Source: Nitrospinales bacterium (GTDB lineage Bacteria; Nitrospinota; Nitrospinia; Nitrospinales; VA-1). From it: 64,000 nucleotides of DNA. The stretch is taken from NCBI GenBank assembly GCA_965223795.1, contig CBDCXL010000001.1, positions 416,001 to 480,000 of the forward strand. Reading direction: 5' to 3'. The position numbers were made by a program, and so were the translations under genes. Of the stretch, positions 51,165 to 61,400 are shown one piece after another; the first letter of the stretch is position 1; every line of letters starts with the position of its first letter. The notes under the pieces are model-generated. The model saw only the letters and a program-made list of their open reading frames with translations. It made no database searches and was not told the DNA's origin.

Positions 51165-52640
51165 ATGAGCACGCACACACATCCCATCCCGGCCGCACGC
51201 TTTCTGGAGCCGGTACTGCACACCGCGATCGCCGGTCTGTGGCTGCTTCTGTTCTGGCCCAGCCTCAGCTGGCTGTCCGACATGTTCGGCCGTGCGGACA
51301 CGCAGCTCAACCGGGCGCTGCTGTTCGGCATCCTGGCGTGCCTGGCATACCGCTTCAAGGAGCGCCCGCTGCCGCCGCTCGGGTTGCGTTTCACCGCCGG
51401 GCCGGTTTTGCTCCTGCTGGCGGGGATCGTTTCTTATCTGCTTTTTGAACGCCATGCCGGCATCCACATCCTTTCCTGCATCGCGTTCGGCGTGGCCACG
51501 TTCGGCCTCGCCGGTCTGTACCTTCCCGTCTCGACGTGGATGCGTTCCGCGCCCGCATTTCTGCTTTTGATCCTGACGCTGCCGTTCGGCCAGCATCTGG
51601 AAGTGTTTCTCGGCTTCCCGCTGCGCCTGCTGTCGGCGCAGATGATCCAGGGCGCGTTCGCGGCGCTGGGCCTCGACGCCGTCACGCGCGAGTCGATCCT
51701 GCTGATCGAAAACAGGATGACCCACATCGACCTGCCGTGCAGCGGCGTGAAGAGCATCTGGACGGGCACCCTCTTCTACCTCTTTCTCACCGTGATGGAA
51801 GGCTACCGGCTGGGCGTCCGCTGGTTGACAGGCCTTATCGCCCTCCTGAGCCTGATCGTGTGCGCCAATACGGTGCGGATCTTCCTGCTGGTCAGCCTTT
51901 CTCACGGCGGTTTTCCCGACACGCTCGGCCGGTCCGTGCACGTCCCGCTGGGACTGCTCGGTTTCGGACTGGCCTGCGGCATCGTCACCCTTCTCGGTTC
52001 GCGGTGGATCCCCCGTTTCCGGCAAGAACCTTCTGTTTTTGGCCACCCTTCCAGCCCGGCTCAGGGCATGGTTCTGCTATTGATCCTGGGGTGTTCCCTT
52101 TGGGCCCACGAGCAGCGTCTCCCAGACCCTGCCGGCCCCGCGAACCGCTCCCTCCTCTCTTTTCCCGGCGCGAAACCGCTGGCGCTGACGCTTACGGAGC
52201 GGCGGTTTTTCTCTGAGCAGAGCGGAGCGGCGGCGCAGAAACTGCGTTTCGAGTTCCAGGGGCTTTCCGGGACCCTGTTTCTCGTTCAGAGCGCCAACTG
52301 GCGCGCACACCACCACCCGGAGCAGTGCATTGAAGGTCAAGGACAGGCCATCGAACATTCCCGCACCCGGCTCATCGACAACGGGTTTCCATACCGGCTG
52401 GTCGCACTCCGGCACGGCGGGTACCGGGCGGCCTACTGGTTTTTCTCTCAGGGACGCGTGACGGACGATTACTCGGCGCGCACCTGGTCGGGAATCCGGG
52501 AGCCGGGACGGGAGTGGACGATGGTGACGGTGTACTTCGACCGCGGCGTGGCGCACAAACTCGACGACGTGGATCAACTGCAACGGTTCATCCGCGAGCA
52601 ACTGCACAACAAGGGACAACTCAAGGAGACCCCGCAATGA
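51165..52640 (+). CDS. xrtO: Exosortase, most like the XrtO class, with C-terminal periplasmic domain
   Basis: Multi-TM; GFPLRL, catalytic IDLPCSG, ANTVRI, HVPLG; C-terminal WRAHHHPEQC. Confidence 0.85.
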   Translation: MSTHTHPIPAARFLEPVLHTAIAGLWLLLFWPSLSWLSDMFGRADTQLNRALLFGILACLAYRFKERPLPPLGLRFTAGPVLLLLAGIVSYLLFERHAGIHILSCIAFGVATFGLAGLYLPVSTWMRSAPAFLLLILTLPFGQHLEVFLGFPLRLLSAQMIQGAFAALGLDAVTRESILLIENRMTHIDLPCSGVKSIWTGTLFYLFLTVMEGYRLGVRWLTGLIALLSLIVCANTVRIFLLVSLSHGGFPDTLGRSVHVPLGLLGFGLACGIVTLLGSRWIPRFRQEPSVFGHPSSPAQGMVLLLILGCSLWAHEQRLPDPAGPANRSLLSFPGAKPLALTLTERRFFSEQSGAAAQKLRFEFQGLSGTLFLVQSANWRAHHHPEQCIEGQGQAIEHSRTRLIDNGFPYRLVALRHGGYRAAYWFFSQGRVTDDYSARTWSGIREPGREWTMVTVYFDRGVAHKLDDVDQLQRFIREQLHNKGQLKETPQ

Positions 52641-55522
52641 ACCGGCCGACGACACCGCCCATTCCGCAAAAAACCGATACACCCGTCCAACAGGAAACGG
52701 AAACCCGGCCCGTTCCGGTTCGTCGCAAGCCCTGGGACCGCGCCCGGGCGCTGGGCAAATTTCAGAAAATCCTGTTCTGGAGCTGGAACTGGATCTTCGC
52801 GCTGTTCATCGGCTTCGGCTTGCTGCCGTTCCTCGCCCCGTCTATCGTCATGGGTTTCATCGACGGAGAGGTGAATTTCGACCTGTTCCTGTTTTTCGTG
52901 ACGCTGACGCTGGTGACACCGGCGGCGGCTTTTACCGGTTATGTAAAATTCCGCCGCAACCCGGAGATGCTGTTCCGCATTCTTTACGGCGTCGAGGTGC
53001 CGCTGCTGGTGCTGACGTTTTTCCGCATCGTGTTCGTGCGCGAGCTGACGCCGGGAACGGGGCACCTGCTTTCGGTGTTCGCGCTCGGTTCCATCGCTTA
53101 TTTTCTGTTTCTTCTCACAGCGCAGAAGGAATCTGGAAAACCCGCGGCGAACGTTCGGCTTTCGGGAGCGACGCTGTTTTTCTGGTGCGCGCTGTGGGTG
53201 TTCGGTTTTCTCGCGTTTCTGGCGCCGATCCTGGGATGGAACCTGCTGGCCGAAACCGGCGGTCTGATCGCGGGCATACCTTCGTTTTTCATCGAGTTGA
53301 CGCGCTGCACCGACTGCGATCCGTTTACCATGTTTCCATCCTTGTTATTCGGAACGTTCCTGCTGCTGGTGGGGGCGATCTTTTTCGGCTACTGCTCGAC
53401 GCTGTTCATCGCCCTGCCCTTCGTTTACGTCTATCTTGGATACGCCGTTTTCAAAACCACGTTCGCGGAGCACTGGAAGCGGGGACGCCGTTGCGTGACG
53501 CTCGCGGTGACGTTCGCGGTGCTGGCGGGGAACACGGCGCTGTTCGTCGCTATCAATCAGCAGGGTCACGCGCACACGCTGGAGCGGCTTGAACGTTTCG
53601 ACGGCAGCGAGGCGGCGCGGCTGGACCTGCTTGCGGATTCCGGGGACCTGCGACAGGAACTGACGCGGATCTATCTGAGCCCGTACCGCTACCTGGGCGA
53701 TAAGAACAGAAGCAACCATTTGCAGACGCTGTACAGGAAGTCTTTCAATCTCAAACCGGAGACGACGCAGCCGCTGCAGGACTTTTTCAACGCGATGGCC
53801 CTGCCGCTGCTCTATGTGGGTTCGGGAAACGGCATGGCGGCGGATCAACAGGAAGCGGCGCGGCTTTACGAATGGTTTTTCGACGTCCCCATTCAGGAAG
53901 GGGAACGCGCGGCGATCCGGCATGCGCTCAAAGCGACCTACTCGCGCGATCAGCGGGAGGCGGGCCTCATCAACATCGACAACCGCAAGGTGTATCTGGA
54001 GACACAGACGGTGAATCGCGTCGAGCAGGGAGACTGGGCGGAGATCGAAATCCACGAGGTGTACGTCAATCAGGGCCCGGCGCAGGAGGAAGTGTTCTAT
54101 CATTTCGCGATGCCGGAAAATTCGGTGGTCACGGGCGTGTGGCTGGGCGAGAACGAATCGGACCGGTTCCGCTTCCAGGTGGCGTCGCGCGGCGCGGCGC
54201 AGCGGGTCTACAAGCAGATCCAGCAGCAGCGCCAGGACCCGGCGCTGCTGGAGCAGGTCGGCCCCAACCTGTACCGGCTGCGGGTGTTTCCGGTTCCGGG
54301 CAACCGCTTCACCGCGCGGGACGGACTCAAGACACGCAAGATGCACCTGTGGTGGACATTCAAGGTGATGCGCGGCGAAGGCGGCTGGCCGATGCCGCGC
54401 CTGATCGAAAAGCGCAACGTCTACTGGGACTCCGAAACGCAAAGCAACCTCGAGCGGTTCGATTCCACGGAAGTTGCGTGGCTGCCGGACGTGCTTGAAT
54501 ACAAAGCCGCGCAACCCACCGGTATTTTGCGCGCCGTCGTGGCCGATGGCGTTGAAATCCACGCCGCGCCGCGCGTAGACGCGGAGCTGCCCGCCCGCAG
54601 CTTCGGCAGATTCGCGCTGGTGCTGGAGACCTCCTACAGCATGGGACAATTGCGCGGCACGCTGCCGTCCATTCAGGAGCGGCTCACAAGCGATTCCCGG
54701 CTCAAGGGCTACGACTGGGATTATTACCGCCTCGGTCTGCACGATGTGGAAGTGAATTCTCTCGACGCGTTGTTTTCGCAGGACGTCTCCTATTTCGGTT
54801 CGATCGACGCGGCGGAAATCCTGACCCGCTTCGAGCTGATGCGCAAGGGACGCCAGTACGACGGCGTCATCGTGCTCACCGACCGCTCGTCCTTCAAGGA
54901 AAAGGAACGCAAGGGAAATCTGAAAATGGGGGAAACGCCGGTGTTCTTCTTCCTGGTGGACGGTAAATTTCCGCGCGTCACCGGCGACGGGCTGATGCGC
55001 GGACTCATCGCCTCAGGCGGCGGGCTGGAGACGGACTGGAACCGGCTCGCCAACAAAATCAACTTCCCGCTCACGGACGAGGTCATCGCGTTCGACAGTC
55101 ACTACGTCTGGACCCTGCACAAAACCAGGGGCAAGCCCGGCGCGGAATCGGGATTCACAGACCTGGCGGTGCAGAAGTACATCGAGCACAGGATGCGCCG
55201 GTCCGGAACCGAGGCGGCGGACATCCTGCCGCTGCACCGGCTCGCGGGCGCGCATGAGATCGTGACGCCTTATTCCTCGATGATCGTCCTGGTCAACCTG
55301 GCGCAGAAGAACATGCTGAAAGAGGCGGAAAAAAATCCGGACCGGTTCCAGCGCGACATGGAAAACGGCGAGGAACTGCTCTCGGCTCCCCATAAACCGT
55401 TTGAAGCGTCCGCCGTTCCGGAGCCCGAGGAATGGGCGCTGATCGGGATCGTCTTGACACTGCTTCTGCACCGGTTGTATAGAAACAGGGAGAACGCCGG
55501 TTTTCAGCGGGCGGCGTTCTGA
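52637..55522 (+). CDS. PEP-CTERM-sorted integral membrane protein with VIT and VWA-like domains (TIGR02921-like)
   Basis: FWSWN N-terminal TM bundle; VIT-like EVFYHF..RGAAQRVY..DPALLEQVGP.LYRLRVFP; VTPYSSMIVLVN; C-terminal VPEPEEW + TM + basic tail. Confidence 0.88.
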   Translation: MNRPTTPPIPQKTDTPVQQETETRPVPVRRKPWDRARALGKFQKILFWSWNWIFALFIGFGLLPFLAPSIVMGFIDGEVNFDLFLFFVTLTLVTPAAAFTGYVKFRRNPEMLFRILYGVEVPLLVLTFFRIVFVRELTPGTGHLLSVFALGSIAYFLFLLTAQKESGKPAANVRLSGATLFFWCALWVFGFLAFLAPILGWNLLAETGGLIAGIPSFFIELTRCTDCDPFTMFPSLLFGTFLLLVGAIFFGYCSTLFIALPFVYVYLGYAVFKTTFAEHWKRGRRCVTLAVTFAVLAGNTALFVAINQQGHAHTLERLERFDGSEAARLDLLADSGDLRQELTRIYLSPYRYLGDKNRSNHLQTLYRKSFNLKPETTQPLQDFFNAMALPLLYVGSGNGMAADQQEAARLYEWFFDVPIQEGERAAIRHALKATYSRDQREAGLINIDNRKVYLETQTVNRVEQGDWAEIEIHEVYVNQGPAQEEVFYHFAMPENSVVTGVWLGENESDRFRFQVASRGAAQRVYKQIQQQRQDPALLEQVGPNLYRLRVFPVPGNRFTARDGLKTRKMHLWWTFKVMRGEGGWPMPRLIEKRNVYWDSETQSNLERFDSTEVAWLPDVLEYKAAQPTGILRAVVADGVEIHAAPRVDAELPARSFGRFALVLETSYSMGQLRGTLPSIQERLTSDSRLKGYDWDYYRLGLHDVEVNSLDALFSQDVSYFGSIDAAEILTRFELMRKGRQYDGVIVLTDRSSFKEKERKGNLKMGETPVFFFLVDGKFPRVTGDGLMRGLIASGGGLETDWNRLANKINFPLTDEVIAFDSHYVWTLHKTRGKPGAESGFTDLAVQKYIEHRMRRSGTEAADILPLHRLAGAHEIVTPYSSMIVLVNLAQKNMLKEAEKNPDRFQRDMENGEELLSAPHKPFEASAVPEPEEWALIGIVLTLLLHRLYRNRENAGFQRAAF

Positions 55523-55572
55523 TCATGCGGCTGAGCCTGAACTTTCTCAAACGGATCGGAGATTGTTTATCC

Positions 55573-56262
55573 ATGAACGCGAAACGCATTCTGGTCATCG
55601 AGGATGAGCCTTCCATCGCCGACGGCATCGTGTACGCCCTGGAGACGGAAGGGTTCGAAGTGACCTGGAAATCCAAGGGGCTGGAAGGCATGGCGGCGTT
55701 CAAGGAGGAAGGGGCGGACCTGATCCTGCTGGACGTGGGGCTGCCCGATTCGAACGGCTTCGAGCTGTGCAAGGAGATCCGCACGCTGTCCAACGTGCCG
55801 GTGGTGTTTCTCACCGCGCGCAGCGAGGAGGTGGACTGCGTCGTCGGGCTGGAGATCGGCGCGGACGATTACGTGTCGAAGCCATTCAGCCCGCGCGAGC
55901 TGTCCGCCCGCATCAAGAGCATCCTGCGCCGCACGCAGGCGCAGCCGGGCGGGACGCCGCAGCCTGCGAGCGGCCCGTTTTCGGTGGACCCGGACCGCTT
56001 CCAGATCACCTACTACGGCAACAGGCTCGATCTTTCGCGCTACGAGTACCGGCTGCTCAAGGTGCTCATCGACCGGCCGGGCAAGGTGTACTCGCGCGAC
56101 CAGCTGATGGAGATCGTGTGGGACGACGCCGGCGCCAGCCTCGACCGCACGGTGGACGCGCACATCAAGGCGCTGCGGTCGAAGCTGAAAACGGTGAAGG
56201 ACAGCGTCGATCCCATCATGACGCACCGCGGCATCGGCTATTCGCTGAAGGACGACCTGTGA
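55573..56262 (+). CDS. creB: CreB-like response regulator
   Basis: EDEPSIAD, LDVGLPD.NGFELC, FLTARSEEVD, LSRYEYRLL, DRTVDAHIKALR.KL, THRGIGYSL. Confidence 0.88.
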   Translation: MNAKRILVIEDEPSIADGIVYALETEGFEVTWKSKGLEGMAAFKEEGADLILLDVGLPDSNGFELCKEIRTLSNVPVVFLTARSEEVDCVVGLEIGADDYVSKPFSPRELSARIKSILRRTQAQPGGTPQPASGPFSVDPDRFQITYYGNRLDLSRYEYRLLKVLIDRPGKVYSRDQLMEIVWDDAGASLDRTVDAHIKALRSKLKTVKDSVDPIMTHRGIGYSLKDDL

Positions 56263-57689
56263 GCATCCGCCGCAGGATCATCCTCAGCTACATCGCCATC
56301 CTCGGCATCTCCTGCGCACTGATCATCTACCTGACGCTGCAGGACCTGATGCCGCGCTACTCGGAGGCTGTTGAGGAAACGCTGGTGGACACCTCGCAGA
56401 TCCTGGCGCACCTGATCGCCTCGCAGTCGGACGGCAAGCGCATCGATTTCACCTTTCTGGAGAACACGTTCGCGTCGCTGGAGACGGACCGGTTCCGGGC
56501 GGACATCTACGGCAAGGTGAAGACCACCTCGGACCTGCGTGTGTACGTGACCGACTCCAAGGGCATCCTGTTGTACGACTCGCAGAACATCCATCCGCCG
56601 GGCACCAATTACTCGCTGTGGAACGACGTGTTCCTGACGCTGCAGGGAAAATACGGCGCGCGTTCGACGCGGATCGACCCGGAGGACAACTCGACCGGGG
56701 TTCAGTACGTGGGCGCGCCGATCCGCAAGAACGGGGAGATCCTCGGCGTCGTGACGGTGGCGAAGCCGAAACGCAGCGTTTCGGTTTTCGTGGAAGTGGC
56801 GAAGCGGCGGTTCATGATGACGGTGTTCTGGATCGCGCTGATGGTGGTGATCGTCGGCGTGCTGCTGTCGGGCTGGATCACGCGGCCGATCGAGAAGCTG
56901 ATCGCCTACGCCCGTGCGGTGCAGAAAGGCGAAAAGGCCGAACTGCCGCCGCTGGAGAAAAACGAACTGGGCGCGATGGGCAAGGCGCTGGAGGACATGC
57001 GGCTGCAGCTGGACGGCAAGCAGTATGTGGAAAATTATATCCAGACGCTGACGCACGAAATCAAAAGCCCGCTGTCGGCGATCCGCGGCGCCTCGGAACT
57101 GCTGACGGAGGAGATGCCGGCGAAGAACCGCAAAACCTTCCTCGACAATATTCAAGTAGAGTCGCGCCGCCTGCAGGACATCGTCAACCGGCTGCTGGAA
57201 CTGTCGGCGCTGGAACGCAAGAGCAGCCTGGTGGACAAGCGGGAAATCGAGCTGGGTTTTCTCATCGGCGAAGTCGCCGCTTCATTCGAACCGCAGCTCA
57301 GGAAAAAAGACATCGCGGTTCAATGGTCTGCCGATGAAGAGGTGTTCATCCTCGGCGACCGGTTTCTCATCCGCCACGCCCTGGCGAATCTGCTGCAGAA
57401 CGCCATCGAGTTCAGCCCGGAGAACGGGCGCATCGAACTGTCGCTGGAAAAGGTGCCGCCGGACAAGGTGGCGATATCGGTGCGCGATTACGGAACGGGC
57501 ATCCCTGAATTCGCGCTGAACCGGATCTACGACCGGTTCTATTCCCTGGAACGGCCGGAAACGGGGAAGAAAAGTTCCGGACTGGGGCTGCCGTTCGTGA
57601 AGGAGGTGGTGCAGCTGCACAATGGAACGCTTGAAATCAAAAATCAGAAAAAGGGCATCCTCGCCCGCATGACGTTTCCCGCCACATAG
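56259..57689 (+). CDS. creC: CreC-like sensor histidine kinase
   Basis: EETLVDT, VYVTD..G..LYDS, YSLWNDVFLTLQGKYGARSTR, VAKP, LDGKQYVENYIQTLTHEIKSPL, KSSGLGL. Confidence 0.9.
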   Translation: MSIRRRIILSYIAILGISCALIIYLTLQDLMPRYSEAVEETLVDTSQILAHLIASQSDGKRIDFTFLENTFASLETDRFRADIYGKVKTTSDLRVYVTDSKGILLYDSQNIHPPGTNYSLWNDVFLTLQGKYGARSTRIDPEDNSTGVQYVGAPIRKNGEILGVVTVAKPKRSVSVFVEVAKRRFMMTVFWIALMVVIVGVLLSGWITRPIEKLIAYARAVQKGEKAELPPLEKNELGAMGKALEDMRLQLDGKQYVENYIQTLTHEIKSPLSAIRGASELLTEEMPAKNRKTFLDNIQVESRRLQDIVNRLLELSALERKSSLVDKREIELGFLIGEVAASFEPQLRKKDIAVQWSADEEVFILGDRFLIRHALANLLQNAIEFSPENGRIELSLEKVPPDKVAISVRDYGTGIPEFALNRIYDRFYSLERPETGKKSSGLGLPFVKEVVQLHNGTLEIKNQKKGILARMTFPAT

Positions 57690-57743
57690 ACGGTCCGCCC
57701 TTTCCCGCCGCAGCGGACCCATCCCGCAGAGACACCGGAGTTC

Positions 57744-58022
57744 CTAGAAATCATCGTCGTCGTCGTCCGTCATCATCTCTTCGACTTCCGCCTGCTCGGC
57801 ATCGTCGATCATCTGCTTGATCTGTTCGTAGCCCGTGGCGAGCCGCTGGATGTTGATCAGCAGAGTGACCAGCTCCGCGTCCGGCGTCTCCCGAATGCCC
57901 GCGACCAGAGCGCCGCGCTCGTCGTCTCCGTATTTTTCATCCCACCCGTCGAAGGTGGTCATGATTTTGTCTTTGCAATGGAACAGATCGTAAAAAAAAC
58001 TCTGAACTTCAATCTTCGCCAT
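57744..58022 (-). CDS. Small acidic hypothetical protein
   Basis: GAGGAG RBS before ATG at 58022; 92 aa with a poly-Asp tail. Confidence 0.75.
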   Translation of the reverse strand: MAKIEVQSFFYDLFHCKDKIMTTFDGWDEKYGDDERGALVAGIRETPDAELVTLLINIQRLATGYEQIKQMIDDAEQAEVEEMMTDDDDDDF

Positions 58023-58455
58023 TTTCTCCTCATTGAAACTTCTTTTACAGGAACCGCTTCGGCGCGTTTGGCCTTTCGACACTATAACCTGCGCCCGTGA
58101 CAAAAGGAATCCGGAAACACACGGTGAGACCATCTGCGCATCCAATTTAAAAAAATTTCTTTCCATTTGCCATTAATGTTTTCCGGCATCCGCTCCGCTA
58201 TTATTTTCAGGTATACGGAAATACAACATCGGCATTCTGATAAATCAAAAGCCGCCGAGGATATATAATTAATTATCATTCATAGCCTATAGAAATTCAG
58301 GAGATACCTTTTCTCCCCAAGGCCTTTTTGCGTCCATAAATTTCGGAATACCGATATAACGCCGCGCTCCTTTTCAGACGTCTTCAGCCGCTTCCGCCGG
58401 CTGCCTTTCCTCAACGGACGTCTCTTTCTCACCCCTTTCAATTGAGGACACAGAC

Positions 58456-61400
58456 ATGACCCGCTCACTTCTCAACACCACCGCTGTGATGCTTGCAGTC
58501 CTTACCGTTGCCGTTCCCGTTTCGGCACAAACACAGTTCGATCCGCAGGGTTTTTCGATACTGGCCAGGAACAGTGTGTGGTTGAAGAAAGGTTCGGTCA
58601 CGGTCAACGGAAAAGTCGGGGTGAACGAGGCCACGGGCGGGCCGTTCCTGAATTCCTCTTCGGCGCTGGTCGTGGGTAAAAGCGCACAGGTGCTGGGAGC
58701 GGCGGCGCTGCTTGCGGACAGCACCAAGGTGAAGGGCAACGCAGTGGTGGATGGAACTATTTTCTTCAACACGCTCACCAACAACGGAACCCTCAACGGA
58801 GCGCAGAACAGTCCGCTGGCGCTGCCGCTTGTGCCTTCGCTGCCGCCGTTCAACGCGGGAACGCCGGGAACAACGGATATCGTCGTTCAAAAGAACCAGA
58901 CGCGGACGCTGGCTGCGGGTGATTACGGCGGCATCACGGTCAAAAAAGGCGGGACGCTGATTTTCACCGGCGGCCTGTACCAGATCAAGCTCATCGATGC
59001 GCGGGTGAACACGAAGCTCCTGTTTCGGGCGGCCAGCGAAGTGCGCGTGAAAGAATCGGCGCGCACCAAGTCCAATTCTACTGTGGGCGCGGATGCGGGC
59101 GCCAATCTCACGGCTTCGGACATTCTTTTCCATGTGGAAGGTGCGGACACACTTTCTGAACTGCCGGTCGTCAAAATCGGCGTCAACAACAATGTTCTGG
59201 GCCATTTCTACGCGCCGCACGGAACGATCTGGCTGAAGCGGGGCTCCAACGCACGCGGCGCATTCTTCGCCAACAATGTCAAAATGGGCAATTTCACCAA
59301 CATCACGCTGGATGAAGGCCTGCCGCCGGGAACCAACCGGCTTTCCGGCCGGGTGCTGGACGCCAGCGACGCGGCGCTCGGCGCGACCACGCCGGTTGTG
59401 GGCGCGGCGGTTTCCCTGCTGGGCACGGCGTTCACGACGACGACGGACATCAACGGCAACTTCACGCTCTCCGGCATCGACGTGGGAGCGCCGGTGCTGG
59501 ACATCGACGCCTTGAACGCCAGTCCGGCTCCGGACGGTTCGCTGTATGCGAGCTTTCGTGAGGAGATCGTGATCGCAGCGGGGGCAAACGTGGTGGAGCG
59601 GCCTTTTTTTCTTCCCCGGATCGACGCGTCCAGTCTCACGACGATCGACCCGGCGCAGAACACGGTGGTCACCAACAGCAATCTCAACGTGTCTCTCACC
59701 GTTTTGGCCGACTCGGCGAAAAACCAGGACGGCACGGATTTCACGGGGCAGATCTCGATCTCGGAGGTGCCGCGCGGCTTTGCGCCCGCCGAGCTGCCGG
59801 AAGCCATCGACCCGGGACTTCTGATCACCATCCAGCCGGTGGGGCTGAGCTTCGACCCGCCCGCGCAGCTCACGTTTCCCAATTTGGACCAGCTGGAAGC
59901 AAACACGCAGACCCATCTCTGGTCGCTGGACCCGGAAACCGGGCGGTTCGCCGTCGTGGGCATGGGTGAAGTGCGCGCGGACGGAACGGCGATCGACACC
60001 GTCTCCGGCGGCATTCCCGCCTCGGACTGGCACACGGTTCTCGACACCCCGCGCGTGCCGCTTGGCGGCGAGTTCGATCTGAACAACGATTCCAATCAGG
60101 ACAGGGAAATGGAAGAGGAATGCGAAGTGGGTTCGGTGAGTGTCCTCCACAAGGGAAGCCTCAGTGTCGAGCACGCCACCGCAAGCCACCGCTCCTTCGG
60201 CATCTCAAGGAGCCTGCGTTTTGTCTACAACAGCCTCAATGCCGACCCGCAGCCGATCCTCACTTCCGCCACGTCGATTGCCAGCCTGTCCTCGCTGCCG
60301 GTCACGTTTTCGGCGAGCCTGCGGGTGGACGGCGCCCCGCAGGGGAACGAGGTGTTCATGTCGTCCGCGGGCATGGACCCGGACGCCGATGAAACGCTGC
60401 GCCAGGCGCTGCAGTTCGACGCCAGCGGGTTCGCAACCGGACGCTACCCCTACCGGATTTCACTTGCGGACAATTATCTGTTCTCGCGTGTGCTGAATTT
60501 TCAGTTCGGCAACGTGCTGGTGAACAACCAGATCGACAGTCCCTTCGGCGCGGGCTGGGGCCTGGACGGGCTGCAAAGGGTGCATGAGCAAGAAGACAAC
60601 AGCATCGTGCTGACTCAGGGCGACGGCTCGATCAAAGTGTTTCAGACGGAACGCACGGGCACCGGGACCTTCGTCAACCCGGTTCTGGCCGGGGGCGACG
60701 GCGCCACGGGCGTGATCCAAAAGCCCGCGGACTTCAACAACGACGGGGTTCAGGATCTTGCGGTGGGCGGCATCACCACCGGAGACATCGCCATTTTGCT
60801 CAACGACGGACAGGGAAACTTCACGCTGACCAGCACCACGCCGGCGGGGCCGCAGGGGTTTCGCTTCATCTCCGGCGATTTCAACAACGACGACAACATC
60901 GATCTGATCGCCGCCAATGAATCGGTGGACACGATCACGCTGCTGCTCGGCGACGGCACCGGCGGGATCTTGAGCACGTCCGCCTTTCCGTCCGGAAACG
61001 GAGCACGAGCGTTAGCGGCAGGGGATTTCAACGGCGACAACAACCTGGACGTGGCGGTCTCCAACAGCGCGGCCGGCAGCGTGGGCATTCACCTGGGCGA
61101 CGGCGCGGGCGGGTTTTCCGCCCTGCAGTCGGAAACCGCGACGGGGGATTTTCCGTCCAGCATCTTCGCGGTCGATGTCAACAACGACGACAACCTGGAC
61201 ATCCTGGTGCTGAACATCACCGGAAAATCCACCTCCACCCTGTTCGGTGACGGCAACGGCGGTTTCAGCTCCCCGGCGACGTTTCCGGTCGGCGGCGTCA
61301 GCATCTCGCAGATCAATGTCGGCGATTTCAACGCGGACGGTTTCCCGGACCTCGCTCTGGGCGACACGTCTTCGACGCAGAACCGCTTCATCGTGAGGCG

